Below are positions 1-10,300 of a DNA stretch of 64,000 nt, piece after piece (within the stretch, counting starts at the first letter, position 1; every line of letters starts with the position of its first letter). Source of the DNA: Candidatus Eremiobacteria bacterium. Its GTDB lineage: Bacteria; Vulcanimicrobiota; Vulcanimicrobiia; Vulcanimicrobiales; Vulcanimicrobiaceae. The notes beneath the pieces are model-generated. The model was given only the letters and a program-made list of their open reading frames with translations, made no database searches and was not told the origin of the DNA. Where the stretch lies: contig CAVTRC010000001.1 in NCBI GenBank assembly GCA_963737065.1, forward strand, positions 1,504,001-1,568,000, written 5' to 3'. A program made the position numbers and the translations under genes.

Positions 1-2
1 TT

Positions 3-1220
3 TCGGTTCAGAGTAACTTCGCGCGCGACTGGGTCGAGAATCGCCTGAAGGGTCAGATCGCCGACGTGCTGACCGAAGTCTTCGGCGCGCGCTGCGAACT
101 CCGGTTTACGGTTGCCGAAGCGGAAGCGCCGCCGCAAGCAACCCAAGCAGGCCCGACCGCGGCGGCGCCGACCCGCGCGCATGAAGAACTGCGCAGTTCC
201 AACCTGAACTCCCGCTATACATTCCAAGAGTTCGTCGTCGGCAATTCCAATCGATTTGCGCACGCCGCCGCGCAAGCCGTTGCCTGCGCGCCCGCGCGAG
301 CATACAATCCGCTGTTTCTCTACGGCGGCGTCGGACTGGGCAAGACGCACTTGATGCACGCGATCGGTCATCGCGTATTGCTGGACACTACGAGCGCAAA
401 CGTGGTGTATGTCACCTGCGAAAAGTTCACGAACGAATTCATCATCGCACTCCAAAACAACCGTACGCCGGAATTTCGCAACCGCTACCGGCAAGTGGAC
501 GTTTTGCTGATCGATGACATTCAGTTTTTAGCCGGCAAAGAGACGACGCAAGAAGAGTTCTTCCACACGTTCAACGCGCTGCACGAATCCGGCCGGCAGC
601 TGATCATCAGCTCGGACCGCCCGCCGAAAGAAATTCAAACGCTCGAATCGCGCTTACGCTCGCGTTTCGAGTGGGGGTTGTTGACGGACATTCAAGCACC
701 CGACATCGAAACGCGTGAAGCTATTCTTCGCAAGAAAGCGGAGAGCGAGAAGATCCCGGTACCCGACGAAGTGACGTCGTTCATCGCGAAAGTCATTCCG
801 TCGAACATCCGTGAACTCGAGGGCGCGCTGATCCGTGTCGTCGCGTACGCGTCGCTCACGAAGTCGCCGATCACACTGGATCTCGCTGCCGAAGTGTTGA
901 AAAGCGCGGTGGCGCAAGCGCCGCTGCAGCGCATTACGATTTTAAAGATCAAGGAGACGGTTGCGAGCGCGCACGGCCTCACGGTAAAGGAAATGGACAA
1001 CGGCCGTCGCGACCAACGTCTGGCGGCACCGCGACAAATCGCAATGTACATTGCGACGGAGCTTACGAATTATTCGCTCCCGCAAATTGCGCGTGATTTC
1101 GGCAAGAAAGATCACACGACGGTCATGTACGCGCGCGACAAGATCAAAGACCAGATACAACGCGACGAAGTGTATCGCAACAAGATCCGCCAACTCGTCG
1201 CGATGTGCCAAAACCCTTAG
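3..1220 (+). CDS. dnaA: Chromosomal replication initiator DnaA (5' end outside window)
   Basis: YNPLFLYGGVGLGKTHL Walker A, LLIDDIQF, RLRSRFEWGL, KDHTTVMYA domain IV; frame is open from position 3. Confidence 0.98.
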   Translation, partial: SVQSNFARDWVENRLKGQIADVLTEVFGARCELRFTVAEAEAPPQATQAGPTAAAPTRAHEELRSSNLNSRYTFQEFVVGNSNRFAHAAAQAVACAPARAYNPLFLYGGVGLGKTHLMHAIGHRVLLDTTSANVVYVTCEKFTNEFIIALQNNRTPEFRNRYRQVDVLLIDDIQFLAGKETTQEEFFHTFNALHESGRQLIISSDRPPKEIQTLESRLRSRFEWGLLTDIQAPDIETREAILRKKAESEKIPVPDEVTSFIAKVIPSNIRELEGALIRVVAYASLTKSPITLDLAAEVLKSAVAQAPLQRITILKIKETVASAHGLTVKEMDNGRRDQRLAAPRQIAMYIATELTNYSLPQIARDFGKKDHTTVMYARDKIKDQIQRDEVYRNKIRQLVAMCQNP

Positions 1221-1561
1221 TGCCCCACACCGTCGCTCGTGTGTCACGGTCCGCGTGAAATCGCCGGGCCGTTTTTCTTTTATCGTCAGCGCATCCGCGG
1301 ATGTGCGCGAACCGCCGCGGGTTCGGTTCCACGGAACCGTGCACAAGGTTGAGCCTTTGTGCGTGGATAACTGCACCGGGGCCGAAGACGGTGGTTATGT
1401 GTATCCGCGGGCGGCCGGCGTGCACAGCTTATTCCAAGCGGAAACCCGCATGGAAACAAGCAAAAATCGACTTATCCGCGAATTACACCGCACTACTACT
1501 GTTACGGCGATATTAGCTAATTCTTACCCGGAAGTTACGCGAGCGGAGCATCGGTGGAGTC
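1221..1561. promoter_or_regulatory. oriC: Replication origin oriC (dnaA-dnaN intergenic)
   Basis: DnaA-box-like CGTGGATAA (1362-1370) and TTATCCGCG (1472-1480), followed by CTACTACTGTTA trio-like repeats and an AT-richer tract. Confidence 0.85.
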
Positions 1562-2677
1562 ATGAAGTTCACCTGTAACACGAAGGCGATCGCAAGTGCG
1601 GTCGGCGCAGCCAGCAAGGTGGTCAATGCACACACGACGGTACCCATACTCTCGAACGTGCTGTTGCAGGCCGACGGCGACAAAATTTCCGTCCGCGCCA
1701 CCGATCTGGAGCTAACGCTGGAACACGCGTTCCAGGCGGAGATCAGCGAAGGCGGCTCGGTGACGGTTCCGGCCAAATTGTTTTCGAGCTACCTTGGAAA
1801 CTTGCCGGCAGGCCTGCTCGAACTCAACGGGACGCCGACGCGTGCCTCCGTCAAATGCGAACGCAGCAACTACGACTTCCACGCGCTGCCGGCCGACGAA
1901 TATCCGCCTCTTCCGGCGGCCACCAAAGGTTCGCACTTCACGATCGGCGCAAAGCGCTTTCGCGACGGCATCGATGCGACGATCTTTGCAGCATCGAGCG
2001 AAGAAGCGCGTGGCGCGGTGCTGATGGGCACGCTGCTCGAGATCGAGGGCAACAACCTCACGATGGTCGCAACCGACGGCTATCGCCTCGCAAAGTATCA
2101 AACCATGCTCGACGACGGCATCACCGGCGCCGAGAAGTACATCGTTCCGTCGCGTGCGCTCGCCGAAGCCGCCCGTAACCTCGGCGGCGGCGACCAAATC
2201 GCGGTGAGCGCGCTCGGCGCGCAATCCAACCAATTGCAGATGACGGCCGCCGATACGTCGATCACCGTTCGCCTCGTCGACGGGCAGTATCCGAACTATC
2301 AGCAAGTCATTCCGTCGAAGTTCGACCGTAGCGTCACGGTGAACACGCAGTCGCTCATTGGAAGCCTTCGCCGCGCCGAGCTGGTCGCCGGCGACCGCGC
2401 GAGCATGGTGAAGCTTTCGGTCGGGAATCAAACGCTGGTCGTGACGGCAAGTTCGGACGTCTCCGGCAACGCCTACGAAGAAATCGAAGTCGAACAGACC
2501 GGCGACGATCTCTCGATCGCGTTTAACGCGCGCTACCTCGTCGAGATCTTGAATCACGTCAAAAGCGCGCAGACCGTCATTGAGTTTCTCGGCCCATTAT
2601 CGCCGGCCGCAATCCGCCCCGTCGAACCGCCAGAAGGCGCGCAGCAACTCTACGTGTTGATGCCGCTGCGGCAATGA
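1562..2677 (+). CDS. dnaN: DNA polymerase III beta sliding clamp
   Basis: ATDLE, MVATDGYRL, GQYPNYQQVIP, IAFNARYL, VLMPLR C-terminus; follows dnaA. Confidence 0.98.
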   Translation: MKFTCNTKAIASAVGAASKVVNAHTTVPILSNVLLQADGDKISVRATDLELTLEHAFQAEISEGGSVTVPAKLFSSYLGNLPAGLLELNGTPTRASVKCERSNYDFHALPADEYPPLPAATKGSHFTIGAKRFRDGIDATIFAASSEEARGAVLMGTLLEIEGNNLTMVATDGYRLAKYQTMLDDGITGAEKYIVPSRALAEAARNLGGGDQIAVSALGAQSNQLQMTAADTSITVRLVDGQYPNYQQVIPSKFDRSVTVNTQSLIGSLRRAELVAGDRASMVKLSVGNQTLVVTASSDVSGNAYEEIEVEQTGDDLSIAFNARYLVEILNHVKSAQTVIEFLGPLSPAAIRPVEPPEGAQQLYVLMPLRQ

Positions 2678-2697
2678 TCCGCGCTCGCCATAAGATG

Positions 2698-2727
2698 AGC
2701 GCCGCCGTCCGCACGGTGGCGCTTTTT
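2698..2727 (+). terminator. Intrinsic terminator after dnaN
   Basis: Stem AGCGCCGCCGT / ACGGTGGCGCT followed by a T run. Confidence 0.7.
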
Positions 2728-2793
2728 ACTGCGAGCGTCGCGCAAGCGCAGACACCTTTCCAGTCAGCGGTTCGCTCTGAATGATACCGTAGC

Positions 2794-3918
2794 GTGCAAC
2801 TAACTCGCGTTCGACTGAGCAACTTTCGTAACTACGTTGAGCTGGATCTCGATCCGGCGCCGGGATTGAACGTATTCGTTGGTCAGAATGCGCAGGGCAA
2901 GAGTAATCTGCTCGAAGCGATTGCCATGCTCGGCACGGGAAAGTCGTTTAGGACTTCGCGTGACGTCGATCTTGTTCGCGAGGGATTGGAGGTTGCGGTT
3001 GTCGCGGGCGATGCGAAGATTCGGGCGGGTATCGTTCACCTCGCGTGCAACATCGCAATGGCGGGACGGGCAATGCGCAAGCAATATACGATCAACGGCC
3101 AAGGCGTACGGTACGCGCGATTCCTCGGCAGTATCCGCGTCGTCACATTCGTTCCGGCCCATTTGCAACTCGTCGGAGGCCCGCCATCACTACGCCGCGC
3201 GCTGATCAACATCGCCTTGGCGCAAGAAGATCGTCAGTATTACCACGAGCTTTCGCGATACCAGAAAGCGGTGCAGCAAAAATCAGCGATGCTGCGCGGC
3301 AATGTCGGTTTCGACCCCGAGTTGCTCGCGATCTACGACAATACGCTCGTCGAAGCGGGCACGTATTTGATGCTCACGCGCAATCACTTCATCACGCAAC
3401 TAGCACGCGAATCGGAGCGCACCCATGCCGAGTGGACGCACGGCGCCGAAACGCTACGCGTCAGTTACGCGCCGAACGTGCCGTTCGAAGCGCCGACCGC
3501 GGATACGGTCGCCGGTGCGCTCGATGCGCGGCTCAAGGCCGTCGCGGAACAAGAGCGAATGCGGAAGATGGCGCTTGCGGGACCGCATCGCGATGATCTC
3601 GCGCTGGAACTCGATGGCCGCTCGTTAGCGGCGTATGGATCGCAGGGCCAGCAAAGGACAGCGGTGCTTGCGCTAAAGGTTGCCGAATATAGTGTGATGC
3701 GCGATCGCGCCAATGAAGCGCCGTTATTATTGCTCGACGACGTGCTCTCGGAACTCGACCAAGAGCGCGCGGGCGCATTTCTCGCCGGCGTCGGCGCGCT
3801 TCGGCAAGCGCACGACGACACGGTGCAGGCGTTTGTCACAGCGACGCATCTGCCGGAGAATTTGCCCGAAAGCGCCCGTGTGTATACGATCGAACGCGCA
3901 ACGGTCGCGTTGTGCTAA
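2794..3918 (+). CDS. recF: DNA replication/repair protein RecF
   Basis: NFRNY, GQNAQGKSNLLEAI, GPHRDDL, GSQGQQR, LLLDDVLSELD. Confidence 0.97.
   Translation: MQLTRVRLSNFRNYVELDLDPAPGLNVFVGQNAQGKSNLLEAIAMLGTGKSFRTSRDVDLVREGLEVAVVAGDAKIRAGIVHLACNIAMAGRAMRKQYTINGQGVRYARFLGSIRVVTFVPAHLQLVGGPPSLRRALINIALAQEDRQYYHELSRYQKAVQQKSAMLRGNVGFDPELLAIYDNTLVEAGTYLMLTRNHFITQLARESERTHAEWTHGAETLRVSYAPNVPFEAPTADTVAGALDARLKAVAEQERMRKMALAGPHRDDLALELDGRSLAAYGSQGQQRTAVLALKVAEYSVMRDRANEAPLLLLDDVLSELDQERAGAFLAGVGALRQAHDDTVQAFVTATHLPENLPESARVYTIERATVALC
3799..3820 (-). repeat. Degenerate palindromic repeat copy inside recF (encodes LRQAHDD)
   Basis: CTTCGGCAAGCGCACGACGACA versus CTTCGACAAGCTCAGGATGACA; 4 mismatches, all at codon position 3. 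Confidence 0.65.
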
Positions 3919-4760
3919 AACTTCGCGAAGCACTCGGCGGCTGGACTCCCGGAGAACGCAGCGGCGCGCAAGCGACCGACCCGCTCGTGTTGCTTGGCGC
4001 AGCATGGTCCGAGATCGTCGGCGAGGCGAACGCACGCAAGTCGCATCCGAGTAAAATCGAAGGCGACACGCTCGTGATTAAAACCGCGGGCAGCGGCTGG
4101 AGCCACGCGCTCAGCTGCGAATCGTCGCAAATCGTCGCCGCGATTCGTTCACGAGTGCCGAAGGCGAAGGTCGAAAAGTTGCGTTTCCGCATCGGTGCGA
4201 TCACTCCGCCCGGCAGCCTTTCCGCTTCGAAACGTGTTAAGGGAAAGGCGGTGACACGCGAATCGCGTGCGCCGGCCGCCGATGCTCGTGAGGCATTGGC
4301 GCGGCTGCGCAGCGACGTTGAGGCCTCAGAGCGGGCGAAACGCGCGCGCGCGTGGAAAGAATGCGCAGGCTGCACCGCCTTGATCGTGCCTGAATCCGGC
4401 CCGTTTTGCGTTACCTGCGACATTGTGCGCAATGACGAACGGGAACGTCTCGTATCACGGCTTCTCTTTGAAGCACCGTGGCTCGGGTTTGCCGGAACCT
4501 CGAGCTTGATCGAGGACCTGACCCATGATGAGTACGAGGGCATCCGCCGGCGCCTCTTGACGCGATGGTGGGAAAGGCTCTCGCGCGCGCGTCTGGCCGG
4601 GAAACTTTCACGCGATCGATCGGAACGACTGATCGCGAGTTCCTACGTCTTGTTGAAGAGCGAACTCGCACCAGAACGAATTGATCCCGCGACGGTGCGC
4701 AATATGCTCGGCGACGAGCTGCACGCTCTCATTTACGGAACGGAACAGTTAGAAAAGTAA
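3912..4760 (+). CDS. DUF721/DciA-family protein with C-terminal CxxC-CxxC extension
   Basis: AWSEIVG..GDTLVIKT..WSHAL..LRFRIG pattern; canonical position between recF and gyrB; CAGC..CVTC. Confidence 0.8.
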   Translation: MLKLREALGGWTPGERSGAQATDPLVLLGAAWSEIVGEANARKSHPSKIEGDTLVIKTAGSGWSHALSCESSQIVAAIRSRVPKAKVEKLRFRIGAITPPGSLSASKRVKGKAVTRESRAPAADAREALARLRSDVEASERAKRARAWKECAGCTALIVPESGPFCVTCDIVRNDERERLVSRLLFEAPWLGFAGTSSLIEDLTHDEYEGIRRRLLTRWWERLSRARLAGKLSRDRSERLIASSYVLLKSELAPERIDPATVRNMLGDELHALIYGTEQLEK

Positions 4761-6658
4761 TGTCAAGCGGTTATAGCGGCGAACACATCGAGGTCCTCAA
4801 GGGGCTCGAGGCCGTTCGCAAACGCCCCGGCATGTACATCGGGAATACGTCGGAGCGCGGTTTGCATCAGCTCGTGTACGAAGCAGTCGACAACGGCGTC
4901 GACGAAGCGCTCGCAGGTTATGCGAAAAACCTGATGGTCACGATCTACAAAGACGGCTCGTGTTCCGTCGAAGACGACGGTCGCGGCATTCCTGTCGACA
5001 TGCATGCGGAAGAGAAGCTGCCGGCTGTTGAGGTCGTCATGACGATTCTGCATGCGGGCGGCAAATTCGGCAAAGGCGGATACAAAGTGTCGGGCGGCTT
5101 GCACGGCGTCGGTATTTCGGTCGTGAACGCGCTCTCGGAGTGGATGATCACGCGCGTCAAGCGCGACGGCAACGTCTACGAGATGAAATTCGAGCGCGGC
5201 ATGACCGTACAGAAGCTGAAGAAAAGCGGCAGGACCGACGAAACGGGCACGTTCCAATGGTGGAAGCCGGATACCGACGTGTTCGAAACGCTCGAGCTGC
5301 ACTGGGACATTCTTCAAAAGCGTTTACGCGAACTGGCATTTTTGAATCGCGGGCTCTCGATCACGTTACGCGACGAACGTCCCGAACAAGTGCGCGAGCG
5401 CACGTACAAGTTCGACGGCGGCATCGTGTCCTTCGTGGAGTATCTCAACGAGAAAAAAGACCCGCTGCATCCGATCATTACGACGCATGCGGAGCGGGAC
5501 GGCGTCGACGTTGAAGTCGCGATGCAGTACACGGATACGTACTCCGAGCAAATTTTCAGCTACGCGAACAACATCAACACGATCGAAGGCGGCATGCATC
5601 TCCAAGGCTTTCGCCAAGCGGTGACGCAAGCGGTCAACAGCTATGCCAAGAAAAAAGGCATGCTCAAAGAATCTGATGGATCGCTTTCCACCGACGACAT
5701 CATGGAAGGCCTCACCGCGGTGGTTTCCGTGAAGTTGCAAGAACCGCAATTCGAGGGGCAAACGAAGACGAAGCTCGGCAATGCCCGCGTGCGCAGTATC
5801 GTGTACGGCCTCGTGAACGAGCGGCTCGATTTTTTCTTCGAAGAGAACCCCAAACAGGCGCGCGTCATCATCGACAAATGCATGCAGGCGCAACGGGCGC
5901 GCGAAGCCGCAAAGAAAGCGCGCGATCTTTCGCGCCGCAAGAACGCGCTCGAAGGGTCGGGTCTCCCGGGCAAACTCGTCGACTGCAAGAACACGAATCC
6001 GTCGGAAAGCGAAATCTTTTTGGTCGAAGGCGATTCAGCCGGCGGTACGGCAAAGGGCGGACGCGATCCGAACACGCAAGCGATTCTGCCGCTGCGCGGC
6101 AAGATTCTCAACGTCGAAAAGGCGCGCCTCGACAAAGTGCTTTCCAACGAAGAGATTCGCACGATGATCACGGCGTTCGGCACCGGCTTCGGCGATGAAT
6201 TCGACCTTGCCAAGCTGCGCTACCACAAGATCATCATCATGACCGACGCGGACGTCGACGGATCGCACATCCGCACGCTGCTGCTGACGTTCTTCTACCG
6301 GCAAATGAAGCCGCTCGTCGAAGGAGGCCACGTCTTCATCGCACAGCCGCCGCTCTACGGCGTGAAGCGCGGCAAGAAGCAGTGGTGGGCGTTCAGCGAC
6401 GGCGATCTCAAATCGATCGTCGGCGACGGCGATCTCAAAGACTTCCAAGTTCAACAGTACAAGGGTTTGGGCGAAATGGACGCCGAGCAGCTTGCCGAGA
6501 CGACGATGGAAATGGGACACCGGCGGCTGAAACAGATCACCGTTGAAGACGCGGTCGAAGCCGAACGAATCTTCACCGACCTGATGGGCGACAAAGTGGA
6601 ACCCCGCAAACAATACATCTTCGACTACGCGAAGTCGGTGAAAAACCTCGACCTCTAG
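4760..6658 (+). CDS. gyrB: DNA gyrase subunit B (short type)
   Basis: [52 protein letters not shown]; follows recF. Confidence 0.96.
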   Translation: MSSGYSGEHIEVLKGLEAVRKRPGMYIGNTSERGLHQLVYEAVDNGVDEALAGYAKNLMVTIYKDGSCSVEDDGRGIPVDMHAEEKLPAVEVVMTILHAGGKFGKGGYKVSGGLHGVGISVVNALSEWMITRVKRDGNVYEMKFERGMTVQKLKKSGRTDETGTFQWWKPDTDVFETLELHWDILQKRLRELAFLNRGLSITLRDERPEQVRERTYKFDGGIVSFVEYLNEKKDPLHPIITTHAERDGVDVEVAMQYTDTYSEQIFSYANNINTIEGGMHLQGFRQAVTQAVNSYAKKKGMLKESDGSLSTDDIMEGLTAVVSVKLQEPQFEGQTKTKLGNARVRSIVYGLVNERLDFFFEENPKQARVIIDKCMQAQRAREAAKKARDLSRRKNALEGSGLPGKLVDCKNTNPSESEIFLVEGDSAGGTAKGGRDPNTQAILPLRGKILNVEKARLDKVLSNEEIRTMITAFGTGFGDEFDLAKLRYHKIIIMTDADVDGSHIRTLLLTFFYRQMKPLVEGGHVFIAQPPLYGVKRGKKQWWAFSDGDLKSIVGDGDLKDFQVQQYKGLGEMDAEQLAETTMEMGHRRLKQITVEDAVEAERIFTDLMGDKVEPRKQYIFDYAKSVKNLDL

Positions 6659-6852
6659 TCGTCTCTATCGCGCGAGCGCACCGGTCGAAAACCGGTCACA
6701 TAGCCGCTTGGCTCAGCGACGTGCAATCGGGCGAGCCGACGTGTCGGTGGAGGCCTCGGCACACACGATGAGCAGGGGTGGCCGGCTTCGCCACGCATAG
6801 CGTATTACGTTTGGCGTGTAAGGCGCGTCCCTATACGCTGAGCCGGCGCGGT

Positions 6853-7049
6853 TTGATCGTTCGCCGATTGGCGCGCGCGAAGGTGTTCGCATGCGTTCTG
6901 CGCGCGTTTGCTGCGTTGTAATGCCGCGACATCGCTAATGATCTTTCGGCCGTTCGTGCACGGCGGTTCCACAAACCTTCACCGTTCGCGAGCGACGCAT
7001 ACTCGTCGGGATACGCCGACTTACAATCACGAACCACTATAACGGCTGA
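6853..7049 (+). pseudogene. higB: Decayed HigB-family toxin remnant
   Basis: Fragments in shifting frames: (M)I/SFAD, ARLLRCNAATSL, NDLSAVRARRFHK..DAYS, LTITNHYNG*; stop TGA overlaps higA ATG (TGATG at 7047-7051). Confidence 0.55.
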
Positions 7050-7366
7050 TGCGAGAAACAAGCATGAAAGTATCACGCGTTCACCCTGGTGAAGTTCTTC
7101 GAACGAATTTTCTCGAGCCACTCAACCTGAGCCAAAACCAGCTCGCGCTTGCGCTGCACGTCCCGGCAACGAGGATAAACGAAATTATCAACGGTAAGCG
7201 CAGCATCAGCGCGGAGACGGCGCTTCGGCTCGGACGCTATTTCGGGACGACGCCGGAGTTCTGGCTGAACCTTCAGGCCCGCTACAATCTCGAGGTGGCC
7301 GAAGATGCAATGGCCGAAGCTATTACCCGCGACGTTCGGCCACGTGAAAAAGCTGGAAACGCCTAA
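7049..7366 (+). CDS. higA: HigA-family antitoxin (HTH XRE)
   Basis: VHPGEVL..FLEPL..RINEIINGKRSISAETALRLGRYFGTTPEFWLNLQ. Confidence 0.95.
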   Translation: MRETSMKVSRVHPGEVLRTNFLEPLNLSQNQLALALHVPATRINEIINGKRSISAETALRLGRYFGTTPEFWLNLQARYNLEVAEDAMAEAITRDVRPREKAGNA

Positions 7367-7390
7367 GTTTCGTATCGCGTTATTGCAATA

Positions 7391-10300
7391 ATGCGCAAGC
7401 GAGCGGTTCTGGTCGTGGTAGCCGTATTGCTCGTCCTCGCGGCGGTCCTTTTCGCGCGCCGGCAAGAGGTGATGGCGGCGCTGCTTCCGCGTGCGATGTC
7501 GCTAGCGACGGGTTACGATGTTTCGATCGGCGATCAGCACATCGGGAAATCGCACGCAACGTTCATGCACGTGCACGTGAGCCGGAACGGTGAACCGGTG
7601 CTCGACGCGGCGCAAGTCGAAGTATCGTATGCGTTGCGCGATCTGCTTCCCGGCAGCTCGCATCGTTTCGGCGTCAACGCAATTTACATCGACCATCCGA
7701 CGTTGACGCTCGTTCGGCACAAAGACGGCAGCTACAATATCGCGTTTCCGGAGGCGCAGGCACCGGAGATTACGGCGCCGCACCGGCCGAACCGCGTTCC
7801 GATCGCGATGCGAATCACGATTCGCGACGGCTCGGGCGTCGTGCGCGCGCCGTACACGGTCGACCCGAACTCGCGCACGCTGGAAGTCACGGGAATCAAC
7901 CTCGACGCGAACGTCAACAGCGCGGCGCGCACGCACTACGTGCTGCGCGGCGCGTTCGTCGAACAGGCGCTCGAGCCGTTTCAACTGATCGGAACGGTCG
8001 ACATGAATCGCGGATACGCGCTGCACCACGCGTATGCGAAAGAAATTCCGATGCGCGCAATCGGCAACTATTTCATCAACTCCGATGCGGCGCGTCTGCT
8101 CGGCGGCACCGCCACCGATATGGACTTCAAAGCGTACGCGCTCGACGTCCAACCCGATCAACCGATCAACTACCACTTGGCGGGAGCGATCGACGTCAAC
8201 GACGTGCAGATGCAGGTTGTGGGGCTCGCGACGCCGCTGCAGCACATCGCCGGCCGTTTGCAAATGGTCGACGACACGTTTTTCTTCAATCGCCTCGGCG
8301 CGGACGTTTCCGGGACGGGCGTTGCGGTAAGCGGGGGAATCTACAACTTTGCGGCGCCCCAATACCGTCTGGGCATCGACGCGCACGGAAACCTGCAAAC
8401 GTTGCGCCGGATGTTCGCGTTCACGAAGGATCAGCCCATCGACGGTGCGGCGCACTTGCAAATCGAGGTGCAGGGCGATCTCGGCAATCCGGTCGTGCTT
8501 GCGCGCATGGATTCGCCGCGTGCCGTTTACAGTACGCTTCCGATGCGGGACCTGCACGTCAAGATTGCCTATCAAAACAACAGCGTGATGCTTGCGCCGC
8601 TCCAAGCGACGGTTAACGGCGCGCACGTCGCACTCCGTGGCATGATCGGGATCGGCAAGACGACCCACACGCAAGCCGCGCTGCACTTTGAAGGCGCTGC
8701 GCACACGCTCCCGTACTTCGGCGCACTGCTCGGTAACGAGCCGATCGTCGGCGACGTGATGCTCGACGGGCTCGACACGAAATTTCTCGGATACGGCGCG
8801 ATTCAATCGGCGCGCGATATCAATCGCATGGCCGCGGTCCTGCACGTCGATCGCGCCGGCATCATCGACGTCGGCCCCTTCTGGATCGATACCGAACGCG
8901 GACAGTTTGCCGCGGAATATCACTTGAACCGCCGGACGAACATGAGCGCGTTCTGGATCGATGCGCATCATCTCTCGCTCGACTCACCTTCGCTCGCCGG
9001 CGCATTCGGAAACCTGTTGCCGCCGATCCCGGAATTTGGCGGAACGGTCGATTCATTTTCGCTCGAAGGCGGCGGACCGAGCGGCTTACACGCGCTCGTT
9101 GCCGGTTCGATGAACGGACGCGCGTTGCACATCGCAGGCGTCGGAATCGACGAGGTGCACGCGCAATTCAGCGGCACGCTGCGCGATGCGGCGATCCAAC
9201 CGTTGCACGCGCGCGGCCCGTGGGGGACGATCGACGGGAGCGGCGCACTCTCACTTGCATCGATTGCCGTGCAAGGGATGTACCACGGCACATTGCAGGC
9301 ATTACGCCCGTATCTGCAAGATCCGACCGCGACCGGCACCGTCGACGGTCCCGCGGCAATCGCGATCGCGGGCCGGCGCATTATCGTGCAAGCCGATGGG
9401 CTGACGCTGCGCAATGCAACGATTCATGGGCTTCCGCTCGAAGCGGTGCGCGGAACGCTCTCGATCGACAACGGCGCGCTCAACGTGCTCTCGGCGCATG
9501 CGCGCATTGCGGGCGGCGACGTCGTCGCGGCGGGACGGTTCGATCGCGGTATCACGCTCGTCGCGAGTCGCGCGCACGGCAGCGCCTTGCGCGGGCTCGG
9601 GCTACCGCTCGACGCCGGCTTCGTGAGCGCGACCGGCACGCTCATGCAAGGTGCAAGAATCCCATCGTTTAGCGGCGGCGTCGCAATCGCGCACGGGAAG
9701 ATGCAGCAGTTCGGCATCGACGGGACGGCACTGATCGCGCTGCACAACGATGCCGTCCATCTCGATCACGTCATCGGCGCGCTCGACGGAATGTATACGA
9801 TCGCATCGGGCGATCTCACGCAACTGACGTCGGGCTCGCCGGCATATGCCGTGCACGCCGCCGTGCCGGCCGCGGATATCGGAAACGTCATTCACATGCT
9901 CGCGTTGCCGTCGCTCGTTCCGGTCGACGGAACGTACAGCGCATCGGTCGACGTCGGCGGCCGCGGATTGTTTCCGACGGTGAACGGCCCGGTCAGCGTG
10001 GGTGCCGGCTCGGTGAACGGACTGCCGTTTACCGACGCGCATGCGCTCGTGACGGCGAGCCGCAACGGCGCACGCGCGCGGCGCGGGTCGGTGCAAGTCG
10101 CGTCGACGCACGTGACGTTCGCGGCCGCGAAAAATGCAACGATTCCCGGCGTCGCGGGCAATGCCCCGATCACCGGCGTGCACGTCGTCGCACCCCACGC
10201 GGACTTGGAAGATTTCAACAACTTCTTCGATACCGGCGATACGCTCGACGGAAGCGGCTCCGTTCGATTCGATCTCGTCTCGCAGACGCAGCGTATCAAG

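Noticed and set aside
6661..6800. Structured ncRNA after gyrB
   Set aside because: Several short GC hairpins but no recognisable RNA family; expected at this GC content.
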